This document shows positions 23,958 to 36,955 of a DNA stretch of 64,000 bases, in pieces (within the stretch, counting starts at the first letter, position 1; the number at the start of each line of letters is the position of its first letter). The DNA is taken from positions 7,998,001 to 8,062,000 of the forward strand of contig CM068757.1 of assembly GCA_035084275.1 (NCBI GenBank), in the 5' to 3' direction. The stretch comes from Hydrolagus colliei. Lineage: Eukaryota. The position numbers were made by a program, and so were the translations under genes. The notes below the pieces were generated by a model. It did not search any database, was not told the DNA's origin, and was given only the letters and a program-made list of their open reading frames with translations.

Positions 23958-24117
23958 CAGGTCGTGCCTAAAGACGTTTCTTCTTCGTCCACGCTTTTGG
24001 TCACCTTTTCCTTCCTCCCTCTGGCTCAGCCGCAGCATCTATTATTGTTAAGTACTCTGAGATGCCATCTGGCGTGGAGGGTGCTATATAAATACAAGTT
24101 GTTGTTGTTGTGTTGTT
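23958..24117 (+). mobile_element. L2 LINE 3' end
   Basis: ctaaagacgtttcttcttcgtccacgcttttggtcacc ... gagatgccatctggcgtggagggtgctatataaatacaagttgttgttg. Confidence 0.85.
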
Positions 24118-24934
24118 GAAGGACTCAATGACTTCCTCCTGTTCCAGCATTTGCATTAATACTGGTGTGCAGGTGTGATTGTGATTTACAGGTGGCCTGA
24201 ACTGTCCACCACCACAGATAGACAGAGACACACACATAACCCACAGGCTACGTGAGAGGGGATCACAGGTAGGAAAAGACCCGTGTAAAGTAAGAGAGAT
24301 GTGCAGACGAGTGGAGAATTAGAGGCACTTAGAGAGGAGGAAATAGGCAGCGAGACTGTAAGGTATTGAAGTCACCAACACTCTAACACAAGGTCCATTG
24401 AATAAAAAATCTTGAAGCAAATAAGATATGACCTTGAAGCAAATAAGCTTTGAGTTGTTGTTTTGTCTGCCCCAAATAAAAGAAAACAGTGTGTATTAAC
24501 ACAAAGTCATTTCTATCTTTAATCCATCTCTGCTCGCGTCTATTCTGAATGCTGGCTTTTGGCCGTTGCTCACCTAATTCATTTCATTCAAGACTTGGGG
24601 TAACTTGCAAATTAATACACAGAATTGATTCTCATTTAACAGCACAAAATGTTCTTTCTGTTTCCATAGTAATGCACTACACAAGACAAACAAGTCACAG
24701 AGGGAAAAAAAGGACTTCCCACACGCCACATTTACAGAGAAACAGAAATCGAAGAAAGTAATTTGCAATTGCTTGTTACATTTCCAGGTTAACTTTCTGT
24801 TTAGTGTCTTTAAAAGTACATCTGTACTAATCAGACCAAGTAAACCGCATAGCCAAATATTCATAGGATTACTTGAGCCATCAGACCCAAACATGGCTTG
24901 TCATGGTCCAAGGTACACCTCTTCTCTGCGTAAA

Positions 24935-25075
24935 CTGTGGATGAAGCAAATAGCATCAATATATTTAAGAGAAAACTTAGTGCGTACATGAGGAATGGAG
25001 GGGATGAGGGCTTGTGTGAAGTATAAACCCAGCACACACCAGTTGGGCCAAATGGCCTGTTTTCATGCCATATGC
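24935..25075 (+). mobile_element. CR1 LINE 3' UTR fragment
   Basis: gaagcaaatagcatcaatatattt...agaaaactt...gttgggccaaatggcctgttt; related copy at 59950-60135. Confidence 0.75.
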
Positions 25076-27394
25076 CTTCAAATACATAGTCACTACACTT
25101 GACGTTAATTACCAGCGAAGCGTTTTGAGATGTTTCAACCAGAAAATCGCTATATCAAATGTGAGGATTATTATTATTGTTACCATCCATAGGGTTTCAG
25201 TACGAGTTAAAGCATGAGGCACAATGGGCTGACTGAGGGAGAGCTAGAACTGGAGGAATAGCACAGAACAAAGTCGACAGATAATCTCTTTATTTCAGAT
25301 GGAGCCCTGATTCCAATTAAGCCAAACACATTGCTTCACTTTCCATCCAAACATAACAGGAACTGAACCCACATCTTCACCTGATTTATTGCTCATGCCA
25401 TCAAGGAGCATTTCACAGTGATTTTATAATTATCTAGAGTAGTATTATATATAAAAAAAGAAATTGAGTCTCACTTCAATAAAAGCATAGACTGTTTTTC
25501 TTATTTAAAAGTACGGAGAGCGTCTCTGCAGGGTTTATTTGCAACAGACAATGCATAGTTATTATGCCTCCAAGGCTGTTATATTCCCTTATCTGCCAGT
25601 GACACATATAAATGATGAAAGTTCATTTCATACAGGTTTGCAGTGATATACACATAATATTCTTTGTAATTCTCTGAACCCACTGCACATTGTAAAATGG
25701 AATTCAATTCTTGTAAAACATCAAGCGCCAATGACCAGTGACTGACGGAAAGAAGGAAGAGGCAAGCTCTTTAATAAATGTCTTGAGTTTTGCCCTGATT
25801 GCCTTGCAACGTGGAACTTAAGCCTTAAAAAGATGTTTTTGTTGGGGGGACTAAAACCTTCCATGGCATTTGCTTGTGGAAAGAATGTCGCGTCGCCCCC
25901 CCCCACCCGCCAACCTTTCTACTCATTCAAGTTCAGTAAACTGGTAATGAAATTGTACAGCAAAGAGTCCGTATTGCACAATTGGCTACTCTTGGTGGCC
26001 AGGGCAGTGTTGTGGAAATAAATGTCTCTTTATCTGTGAGATTAAAGATAATATTGATTTTCACATTTGACAACTAATGTAATATCCAGAAACTATTAAA
26101 CGAACAAACCTGGCATTTGGTACAGGGCCCCCATCAAGCCATTGAAATGCTTCAAAGCGTGTCCCGGGGTTTTACTGAGAAGTGTGGTGACTGTGTATAT
26201 AGCAAGCAGAAGCAGCAGGCAATTTGCACATCGCCATGTTTCACAAATAGCCCTGAAGTGAATGAGCAGTTATATCTGACAAAAGGTCATCACCATGAAA
26301 CGTTAATGCACTTCCCAACAAAAGCTGGACAATCTGGTGATAACTTTACATTTTGAGCCCCGCTGATATTTCCCAAATTTTTGTTATTCCAGTAGCAGCT
26401 CTCAGTTTAAGGTTAAACTTAAACAATTTAAACAGTTTAGACTATTGCCATCAACTGCGCCCCTTCCTCCATTTAATATTGTGCTGATGTCCCAGTGCTT
26501 TCATAGATTGCTGTTCACTATCAAATAATTAGTGTGGATGAGATTCCAGTTTTTCACCATTTATTACAGACAATTTCCCAGGGAAGAAAAAATGATAATC
26601 TTTCACTGAATGGCTTAACAGTCCTTACGGGAAAGAGGTTTATTGCAATATATTTTGTTCTGTGTGGAAAAATATGATGGTAACATAATGTAATATCTGG
26701 GCAGTTGTTCTCAAGAAGGCTGCACATATGTACCTAATAAGTATCAAATGCAAGGATTATTATTATTATTATTATAAGTAACCAACGAATAAAAGAAAAA
26801 AAAGTCCAAGTAAAGGAGTAAAAGAATGAGCAGGGTGAAAACCATCAGAAACTCCATCAGATTTTCGAACAATGGAAGCTGAGTTGATTAGGGTAACAAT
26901 TTGTTTTTAAAAAAAAACACCCATTAAAATTAGACAAAGTGTGTATTTTCAGGATTGATCTCAAACACTTCAGTAGCAAACTAAAGAAAAAAAACATACA
27001 TGCATTATTTAGTTACATAATCACATTCACTTTGCGTCCAATTATTTATTATTATGAAGCACTTTGAGGGGTTTCGTCGGATGCGAGAAGCGATGGAGGG
27101 GGTACAGTGTGAGCTGTTGTTGATTACAAATCAATTACCTTGATCTAAGGATCAAAAGGGCTGATGCTACAAAGTCATATCAGTGAGTGATTACTTTAAT
27201 CGAGGGGTGATGACTGTTTTATATAACAGCTATATCAAGATGGAGGCGAAACAGTGTAGATAATCCGTCTGAAGAACGCACACTCGAAAGCGATTCTGAC
27301 AGAGTGATCTAATAAAGAGGTTACTTTTACTCTGCCAAATTTGCTCTCTCCTTCTCCTCTCCTGAAGAGTTGGGGTAACTTGCAATGTGACACC

Positions 27395-27545
27395 GGGACA
27401 CTGCTTTGTGCGATTGGCTGTTGTGTTACGCCCACAAATAATATTCAGGCAATTTACTTTACAGAACACTCTCTGAAGCACTTTTTAGACGTCTAGAAAA
27501 CATGATAAGCACTATATAAAATACAAGGCTATTATTTATTATTTT
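27395..27545 (+). mobile_element. tRNA-derived SINE 3' half
   Basis: gggacactgctttgtgcgattggctg...cgcccacaaata...gcactatataaaatacaaggctattatt. Confidence 0.85.
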
Positions 27546-27602
27546 ATGTTGTCGAGACGTCTAAAAAGTGCTTCAGAGAGTGTTCTGTAAAGTAAATTGC
27601 CT
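27447..27602. repeat. Perfect 48-bp inverted duplication with 60-bp spacer
   Basis: 27447-27494 aggcaatttactttacagaacactctctgaagcactttttagacgtct is the exact reverse complement of 27555-27602. Confidence 0.95.
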
Positions 27603-28189
27603 TTACAGAGCACAAACAGCCTTCACTCTGACCAAAGAGTGAAAAAGCAGATTTCGGAATGAGATTTCATACAAAGCCAGCACAGTTAATATCTCTCATG
27701 AGTAATACTTTAAAACGCTCAATTAAGTCATTAAAGGGGAATGTGACAGACCCAAAGATAGAAGATGTGAACATGTTTGGGGGAAAGAGCATGGAGGTGG
27801 GATCAAAGTCATTTTTCATTGAGGAGCTGGTGCAAGCTAGACACACGGACTCAATATAATAATAATCCTTGCATTTGATCTGCTGAATGGCCCCCTTTGC
27901 CCTCTGATTTGTTGCTGATGGGCTTTAAACTCTCTTCGTTTAAATGATTCTTTCATTCAATCTAAATAAAGCAAAACAGCAGAGCAACCCAGCATCATCT
28001 TGTAAATTCTTCATCATGGTTCGGGTTGATTTTATAAAACCAGAGCTTATAGCGGGCGATGTTACAGAGAGGCACCACAAGAATGGCCACTGGTCAGTGA
28101 TTCCCAGTCTCGGGATCAGCGCTCACAACGCCTCCAGCGCTGATCGGACATTTTCCAGCACATACACAAATGCAACCACAGTACAGACA

Positions 28190-28480
28190 ACTTGGGCTGT
28201 CCTCCTGACGTGAAAGGCGCTCTACAAATGTAATTGTATTGTTGTTTTGCGAGTACTTCCAGCAGGTTACCAGGACACGGCTGATTCTGTGGGCATTTCT
28301 GCACCATCACGCAGCGCACAGGGAGACAGTCAATCAGTGACGGAAGCCGGGAGGGACTGCAGGCCCAGTTCGCCTCGAATATGTAGTCCATACACCTGCA
28401 ATACCTGACTGTCCAGGGCCTTGGGACGCACTCCCTACATGAAAGGGGCTATACAAATGTAATTTGATATTGTATTGTAT
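28190..28480 (+). mobile_element. Two L2 terminal remnants
   Basis: gtcctcctgacgtgaaaggcgctctacaaatg (about 28200-28245) and catgaaaggggctatacaaatgt (about 28420-28478). Confidence 0.65.
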
Positions 28481-30066
28481 ACCGCAGTGCATTCTAACAG
28501 GCCTGACTAATAAAGTAGCAATCACAGACACGAATGTTGAATAGATGTTGACTATCAGATACCCTATAATTTAGTCATAGTTTGCAAAGGCTGATTACAC
28601 CATTTCCTTTGGGAGTCGTACCAAAAAAAAATTGTGCTTATAGCAAAGAATATAGCATTAAACAGTTGTTTTATGTGGTTTCTCTGTTGAGGCAGCAACT
28701 CATTATTAACACGTGTTCCTTCACAGGTCACCAACAGCGCGTGTTATAGAAATGAGCTATTGTGCACAACTTCAGTATCGGAGAGGGTGAGACAATGCAT
28801 GTTATATCACAGGTCTCGTGTGTCAGAGCACTAGAGAGAGGAGCTAACGTAATTGAATAACAAATGCATAGAATAAGTACAGACTGCGCTCTACAAAGAA
28901 GACCTTTTGCTTTGATCTGTGCAGGAAATATAATCAGGAATATGCAAAATGGGACAAATAGGTTATGATGAAGCATAATTATTGCAAACTTGTGAACAAG
29001 GCCTGCAGTTTTCTCTATCGTTGGTTTGTGGCGTGAGACTAGTTTCTTTCTGGATTCCAAGTGGAAAGGTTTGTTGCCATGAGATTTGATGATAGGTTAT
29101 GGTTCTGAGCAACAGTACTGTAGTATGACAGCAGAAAAAGAAACCATGTCTTGTGAATTTACAGTGGTATTCATTGAATGCCTCAGTCTGCGGAGTGCAG
29201 ACTTTATTTGATCTGAACTACAAAGGTGGAGATTTGCATGAAACCGATATGAATGACTAATTCAGTTTTGACTAATACAGAGTGACTTCTGTTGCCACTA
29301 TAAAATGACTGTAAAAGGTTGAGATCTCTACACTGCCTACGAAATGTGAATTGCATTGGAACAGACATTGGTAGTTTGTTTCGTTTGGATCACTGTCCTC
29401 TGAGCACAATCTACACTAATTGGGAGCCACCAGAAAAAATAGATCATGTCAAGGGCTATGTTACCATGTTTTAGGTGCTTTATTTTCAATGAGCATTTGG
29501 AGGTCTTATTATACACGTGCACAGTCATTATATCACAGTAAAATTCCGTGCAGCACTATGCGACATCCTCACAAAGTGAAAGGTGTTATAGCAAATGCAA
29601 GGATTATTATTATGCTATTATATCCAAATGAATCTTGTGAGGTACTATACTCAATCAGCTAATGGCCTTCAATTCCACCCCATTATACACACAATATCAA
29701 TGCTCAACCCATGCATTTTGTCCACCTTCTAGCTTGGGAGAGTTTTAACTATCTGCTCATCTCTGTATGAATCCCATTCTTTCCCCCCTTCTCCCCCTTC
29801 ATGCTTGAGTGTGAACCTTACAATGGAACTTTGTTGAGAGTAATTGAGAAAGATGTGATGTGCCTAATGGACACAGGGGAAGTGTTTCTCCTGTTGCTGG
29901 TAAATATATCACCCTTGCTATCGAGAGCATCTCATTCTGCTCGGTAAGTGTAACTAGCCTTGAAGACTCAACCTCTGGGTATCTTAGTGGCAGAATCTGT
30001 GCAATTGCCAGATTAATCTCAGGACCAGTGCATACATAGCTGATGCACTATATATCCTCTGCTTAG

Positions 30067-30360
30067 ATGTCAGCCTGGTTCAGTTAGTAGCATTTTTGCC
30101 TCTAAAAGTCAGACGGTAGCAAGTTCAACACCTACACCAGGCCTTTGAGCTCACATAGAGCAGGCTGATAGTCTAATGCAATCTTAGGGGAGTGCTGCAT
30201 TAGTCCATTGGATGAGACAAAAGGTCTAATTTGCCTATCCAGGTTAAAGATCTCATGTCACTGCACTTAAGATCTGATAACAATCCTCCGGATAAAATTA
30301 TTCATACACTTTGTGGATTTTTGTGGGACATTGGAGATCCCACCTACCATTCTTCCCACC
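30067..30360 (+). mobile_element. DeuSINE-like SINE
   Basis: tgtcagcctggttcagttagtagca...agtcaga...gggagtgctgcat...ggatgagac...ttgtgggacattg. Confidence 0.7.
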
Positions 30361-32254
30361 CATGGAATTTGCAAGGTAAGGTATTGTAAGAGCCTTGCTA
30401 GAAATGGATATCTTGGTATATTGGATGAGTATTGTGCTTGGCCATCAGAAACCTTTAGAGTGAGATGTCAGATGCTCACTGCCGCCCAAGGAATGGAATG
30501 CAAATCTGAGCCTAAAGGAACGCTAAAAATTGCACGATAAAACATAAAGATCTTTACGTTCCAGCTTTAGCTTTAGCTGATCATTGAATCTGCTGGATGG
30601 TAATGACAGGGATGAGGTGGAAGTCCAGCTATTATGGATGGCATTAAACTCATATGCACTTGCTTTACAAAAAGCCATACTGTCCAGTGCTGCTCTAAAC
30701 CTATGCACAGAATAAGTCTGTTGACTTCATTATTGCCCGAGAATCATAACCCAACAGTCCATAAACATCTTGCACATTTGGGATTTTATTTATGGCCAAT
30801 TCACTGGTTCAAAATTATTCTGTAAAGAGAGACTTTTTTTTTAATAATGATTTTATTGCACGTATGCAAAGGATGAAAGTTTTATAAACTAGAGCATTGC
30901 ACTTTGTCAGAATGAGCTGTGCTTCCCTATCGAAAGCCTGGCGCGGAAATTGGTCCTATCCTTTTCAGTCAACTGAAGGAGGTTTGGGAGCTGGAGTAGC
31001 TTAAATAAATACAAGCAATAATTGAAATGCAGCGTGAAATTACTGCTGTAAACAACAGCCATTCATTATTTTCAACGTTTTTATGTGCGCTCTTTGGAAG
31101 GGAGGGGCTTGGGGGATTGTGCCAAGGTACATTTGTTTTCGAAATTAAAATTGTTGATTGATACACTGAATATTAACTATCGGCTGTGTTTTTTTTATTA
31201 AAGAGCTTTATGTATTGAGATAGGTAGAGGAGGGTGATGGAAACGGTCTGTATATCCTACACGACCCATGAGAGAAATGTGAACACCAGAGTACAATAAC
31301 TTGACAGGACACTAATCACGTTTGCAAAAACAATATTAAATCTGTCTGTTGTGTTTGGTGTGTTAAATATTTGCTGTATTGTAATTGTCACTGTAAACAG
31401 TTGGCTCGTGGGAGATTAAACAGCATTGATATAAGGTGACTGCTTGGATTATTATTACTTTATTATTACCTGGTATATGTTTATTAAAACAATTTGTCAT
31501 GCAGAACAGGAGTGGGAATGGGAACATTAAATCCTGATGTGCTCAACCTGAAGAAATGAGTTACGATAAAATTAATGGCACAGGGGCTTAACAGCACCGT
31601 CACAGCGTATAATAACACACTCGTTGGGACGATTATTGATCATTTCCTGTTCGGGCCGAGCAACTTGATTATGCATTCAGGATTGTTGTAGTCACTGTGC
31701 AGTAAATGGATTTTTCTAATGCAATAATTGTGGCTCGTATTGGTGGTATCAGCTTATTAAAAAAACATATTATTCCATGCACATGACCAGTGCTTTTCCG
31801 TTAAATGTGAACATGTTGTGGCACTTGGATAGATAAGGGTAATTTACTTGTGTTTGCTGATCGCCCCTGCCTTTGCCCCCAATCTGTCCAAGTTCATGGT
31901 TTTATATTGAGAACTGTAGGACTGGCATCAAATCACAGCAACACACATCACTGCAGTCGACTGGGCTACAAGCCTTGTTACCCTGTGACTCTGACTTCAT
32001 GCTACCCCACGTGAAGGGAGCTATATAAATGCAAGTTGTTGTTGTTGTTGTTGACTCCCCTGGACATCGCTCCCATCTCTAGTCTGTCCGTCCTTAATTG
32101 TAAAATCAAGGGGAACGGGAGTGAATTCGCTCTGAACATATGTGTTTGCATATGCTCCACACATGACGCACAATAGACCTTCAAAGAGGATGCTTCACTG
32201 AGTGGATGGGTTGCGGTGAAAGACTCGACAGGTGCAATTCAAGAGGAGCTCTAA

Positions 32255-32490
32255 AAGCCATGCTTTCAGCCCCGAAATTCTGGAACACTCTCCCTCAATC
32301 CCTCCATCTTGCCCCATCCTTCCCCATTTTCCGGTCGCGCCTGAGAACTTCCTTCTTCAACCGTGCCTTCGGTCATCTCCCCCCACTCCACCTGGCTCCC
32401 CGTCGTGCTCCGCCATTGTCAAGCGCTGTGGGATGATACCCCTAAGACGACGTGCGCTGTATAAAAATGCCACTTGTGTTGTTGTGGTGG
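32255..32490 (+). mobile_element. L2 LINE 3' end
   Basis: Translation APKFWNTLPQSLHLAPSFPIFRSRLRTSFFNRAFGH is a typical L2 ORF2 C-terminus, followed by the terminal stem-loop and gttgt tail. Confidence 0.88.
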
Positions 32491-34152
32491 GTTTTTGTGC
32501 AAAATGTCTGCTCTCAGACCGTCAGCGACTGTGAGTGTGAAAGCACATGACACTAACATTGCTGAGATGCACCTTTTCAGCTCCGCTTGATGACGCTATG
32601 GTAGATGTGCATGTCTGGTGCGCTACCTTTGCTCTTTGAAAACCTCCGCAAATTGCTTAAAACAGTGCCTTAAACAGTCACTCAACTGTCAGGCTTGTTT
32701 ACCTATATTCCGGAAGAGAGAGAGAAAGAGGAAGAAAAATACAGAGGGTCAAAACAGCCTCTTATAAACCAATCAGTTACAAATTGTGATTTGGCTGTAA
32801 AACTCTTTCCTGCGCAGGGAGAAGGAGATGTGACAGTGGGATTGTGAGCAAACGCCCCTGGAGAGACGACCAAAAAACACTGTAGCACTTTATTTCTCGG
32901 AAGCCTGGAAAACTGTTGCAAATTGGAGACTAAAAATACATCTGATTTGAATAGCAGCTGTGACAAAACAGAATGCCTAATCCTTTTATTCATATATAAA
33001 AAATAAAAAAGAGAGAAAACGAAATGGCTCCCTTTATTCCGAAATGCACCACGCAATTAAGAGTTACACACTGAAGTGAAGCGGACTGCAAATAACAGAC
33101 GTTGCTATGGACAATAGGAGACTCCTGTTAAATGAATATTCTTGATAAGTGAATAAACCTTTGTGGTAAATGGATTATTCTTTCTTTTCCAGGAGCAGCG
33201 CCTACTGTAACTTTAATGAAAGCTCACACTGAAAGTGCACAAGAAGCTTTTTCTAATATGGGAGCCGAGGGCACTTTTATTAAGCTAAAAGTGTGAAAAA
33301 CTCTATCCTGTGTTAATGCAGCCGTCTAATGATCGGATATTATTTCATTCTTGATGGATTATTAACCCCGAAGTGCTACTTAAATCATCAACAGGATCTG
33401 AATAGGCAGATGAAGCCTCTGCAAAAAAAAGGGAACACTTCTCTGTCAGATGTGAATTTCTTTCTCCTCTTCAAGGCACAATAATCTATTCCACAATTGC
33501 TCACAATTATAGGCAATTTTTAGATTGTTTCATTTACTTTAGAACTGTTACGTAATAACAATAAAACAGGTCTTACCACGTGAAACAGGTCAGCAATTAT
33601 ATAACGAAGCACTGCAGGAGTTGGTTTCAAAGTTATTTTCTTTACTCATTTGTGCACAATGTTTAACAGTAATTTACGGTATATTAATTTATATTCCTAT
33701 CCACTGTTATTCCCACCCCCTCTCTAGGATCACAGAAATGTGCTTCTCTTTAATGAGGTGAGCTAGTGAGTGTAGAGTGAACTTCTTCCAGATGTGTCAC
33801 ACTATTTATTCATTTGATATGAAGCAGGCCTCCTGCGGAGCAAGGGACAGACTAATAAGAGACTAAAACGTGGATTTGCAGCCTGGATTCACAAATGATT
33901 AGCGAAAAGCAAATCCTGTCACCGATCAGAAACGTGTCCCACCTCCCTGAGGATGTCAGTCCTATAAGATGCCCCTTCTGGGCATGTCGGAGTGAAGTTC
34001 CCACCGGTCGGAGTGCCGCATGTTAGTTGCTGGCAGGGTTCATTATTTAGGATTCCTTTGGGAATCCCTGCTCCGACTCCCGACTCAAAGTGTAACTTTC
34101 AAACAACCCAGGTTGACACGCTCGGATGCACACTCCACGTCAGACAATAAGA

Positions 34153-34430
34153 GCAACGACGACAACAAATGACATTATATAGCGCCTTTCACGTCAGAAA
34201 GCCGTCCCAACGCGCTGGACAGTCAGCGGTTTAGACCTGAGCTGCGGGTTGGAATTGGGAATAGTGGAGGGCTGTGAAGTTAGGGGTAGGAGTCCAAGCT
34301 GGGGTCAAAGAGGAGGGTCTTGAAATGGGCCTTGAAAGGAGCAAGGGAGGGGTGAGGTGAAGTGACTGTGGAATGGAGTTCCAAAGAGTGGCATCAGAAA
34401 TGCTGAAGGCCTTCCTTACACAGCTAAGCT
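34153..34430 (-). mobile_element. L2 LINE 3' end
   Basis: Minus translation RKAFSISDATLWNSIPQSLHLTP; terminus gacgtgaaaggcgctatataa. Confidence 0.85.
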
Positions 34431-36126
34431 TCACTACAGTGAACTCCGTTACTACTGATTTACTTCAAATACCTCTGCTTTATTTTTCGTTCCTGTGTAA
34501 CTAACTTTTCACTGTCATGAACCTGTTCTTGGATAGAGCTGCACCGAATAGTTCCCACATGATTGAGCTGAACCCTATTAGACCTATTTTGTTGGTACCG
34601 CCGCAGAGTGTTGTTAAGCGAATAGTTTGCAAGATGGAAAAAGCCCTTCAGCACATTTGATCTCGTCCTTCCAGTGTACTTACCCTACTGCCTCACATTT
34701 GCAGTGTGAGTGCGGTATAAGAAAGCACTCACCACACAGACGAAATACTACATGTGTATGAATACCATTTAAATACAATGACTGGTAGCTTCGTGGTTAC
34801 AAGCATGGGGCCTCTGTGAGTTTCTACCTGAGATTGGGAGTTGATCGGGGTTAATTTACAGGGTCTTGTTTTCTTTTGAGAGCGGATATAATCACAGGAA
34901 ACCTAGAGATGCTATAGATACACCTCTCGCTCTCCACCTACATCTTTCATTGTCGTGGTCAACAGTTTCAAATGACAGCTTATCGCACACTACACCCTGT
35001 CTTTCTTCAGGTTTATTCTGTCTCCCATTCAGTCATTTCTCCACATACTCCCAAAACATGTTTCTTATCTTTTCCATGCCCCTGTGCAAGTTCCCCATGG
35101 GGCCATTGGGGGAGTAGGTGTCTGTAGGGGAATGTTCAGTTGTGTTGTGTGAGCATTTGTCATTCCTCTGTCATAATCGCAATGAAATCACAATGTAGAA
35201 AAAACTTCACAGATTCATCATAAATGTCAGCCGCATCTACAGACTCGCATTAACTTCCATTTGTCCGAAAATGTCTGAGCAACGACTGTGCCCTGATTGA
35301 AGCCTTTATTTAATCAGCACCAGGAGCTGTTCAAGCTCTTGCACACCGCTGACAAATGGAGGCTATTGTTTACCTGAAGCTGCTTAAAAACTCTCCTTAA
35401 CCCCTGTAGTACACAAGAGCTACGACCAATTTCCCTTTCTTCAACTGGCACCACCTTCGGTATCATGCATTACCTTTATTCACAGGGTTACATTCCTGAT
35501 ACACAGCTTGTGATCAGATCTACTTGACGCCTAATTGTTGCTTTTCCATCAATGCGAGGAGAACACAAGGCAGAGTTTTATTTTGGCGTCCTTGAAGCGA
35601 CATTGAAGTGGTCTCCAGATGCTCCATCCCATCACACACCCCTTCAAGCGTGTTTCAATTGCTAAAGGAACTTTAACTCAATCTCTTTAAGCGCTCTCTC
35701 TGGAAAGGCACAACACAATGGACTGAGAGGCAAATGGACCCCATAGTTCCATTTCAGGCTTGTTAGATACAGCTAAAGCTTTAGCATACAAGCATAAATC
35801 TTAAGGGTATGCCTCAGCAGACAAAGGAAAAACACCATTTGTAATTCCCTTTGGGTCCTGAAGAATGCTGTTCAGTTTATTGAAAAGCTGTGTACCATGT
35901 TTTCCCTCCTGTGTTACTAAAAGGAACGAACTTCGGCGAAGTTGTAAAACAGAACTTTAAAGTTTTTTGCTGCATTAAATTGTAATTTGTATTTCTGAGG
36001 GGGCAGAAAAATTGTGCGTAAATTTAAGCAGGGGGGAGAATAGAAAATCAGCAGCAGGCACGAAGGTTAGGGAGAGAAGCGGGGAGAATTAAGCGATTTT
36101 AGCGAATCCTGAAGTGTTTCAGTTAT

Positions 36127-36463
36127 GAGCACTTGCCTCGCTAGCAAGTGTACCCGGGTTTCATTCGCAGGACAAAATGTTAGGCCAGCCTCCTCACTCA
36201 ACACACCTGTTTGCCTAGCATTAAGTAGGAACCCGACCATCAGTCACATTTCCAGGGCTACTATTGCTTCAATAAATTTTTAAATAATAATTTGTTCACT
36301 CAATCCACGAGTGTTTGTGGGACACTGCTGTGCACAATTTGCTACCTTGTTTTGCCCACAAAATATACAGTCAATTCACTTTAGAGTATATTGCGTGAAG
36401 CGCTTTGAGACACCTTGAAAATGTAATGAGATGCTATATCAATTGCAATGGTTCTTATTCTTA
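36127..36463 (+). mobile_element. tRNA-derived SINE, long variant
   Basis: gagcacttgcc head; extra segment cctgtttgcctagcattaagtaggaacc; standard body actcaatccacg...gtgaagcgctttgagac...gctatatcaattgcaa. Confidence 0.85.
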
Positions 36464-36794
36464 TCAATATCACCTAAAGCAGTTCTTATAGACATGTTTA
36501 CATGATATTTCATGATCCGTTGACACAGGGTAGTCATTGTCAGACAATTTGATAAACTTCAAGAGAGAAGCTCTAATAGTTTTTACCATTGTCCAGCCAC
36601 TGAGGTTGGTAAGGCTTGCATATGCTTTTGAATGTTGGCTTATTCTGTGGAGTTTTCTAATTCAACATGGTGTATCGTGGGCCCCTGCATATCCTGGACT
36701 CAAGGTTTGTTGTGTAGCTCAATGTCCTGAGAAAGGAACTCAGGATACTTTACATTACGTGACTACAATATACAATATACACTACTGTACACAT

Positions 36795-36955
36795 ATTACC
36801 CTCACCCTCACCCTCCTATCTCTACTCTCACTGACCTCCACCTCCCTCCTGATCCGAACTACCTGCTCGAGTCCAAACCTATGACTGCCCAGCACCTTGC
36901 TGTCATGAAATCCTCCTGTCATGAAAGGCGCTATACAGATATCATTTATTGGTAT
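36795..36955 (+). mobile_element. L2 LINE 3' UTR/tail
   Basis: C-rich UTR ending catgaaaggcgctataca, as at 23400-23510. Confidence 0.65.

Noticed and set aside
35929-35964. Short palindromes aacttcggcgaagtt and aactttaaagtt
   Set aside because: Arms of 6-7 bp occur by chance; no supporting context.
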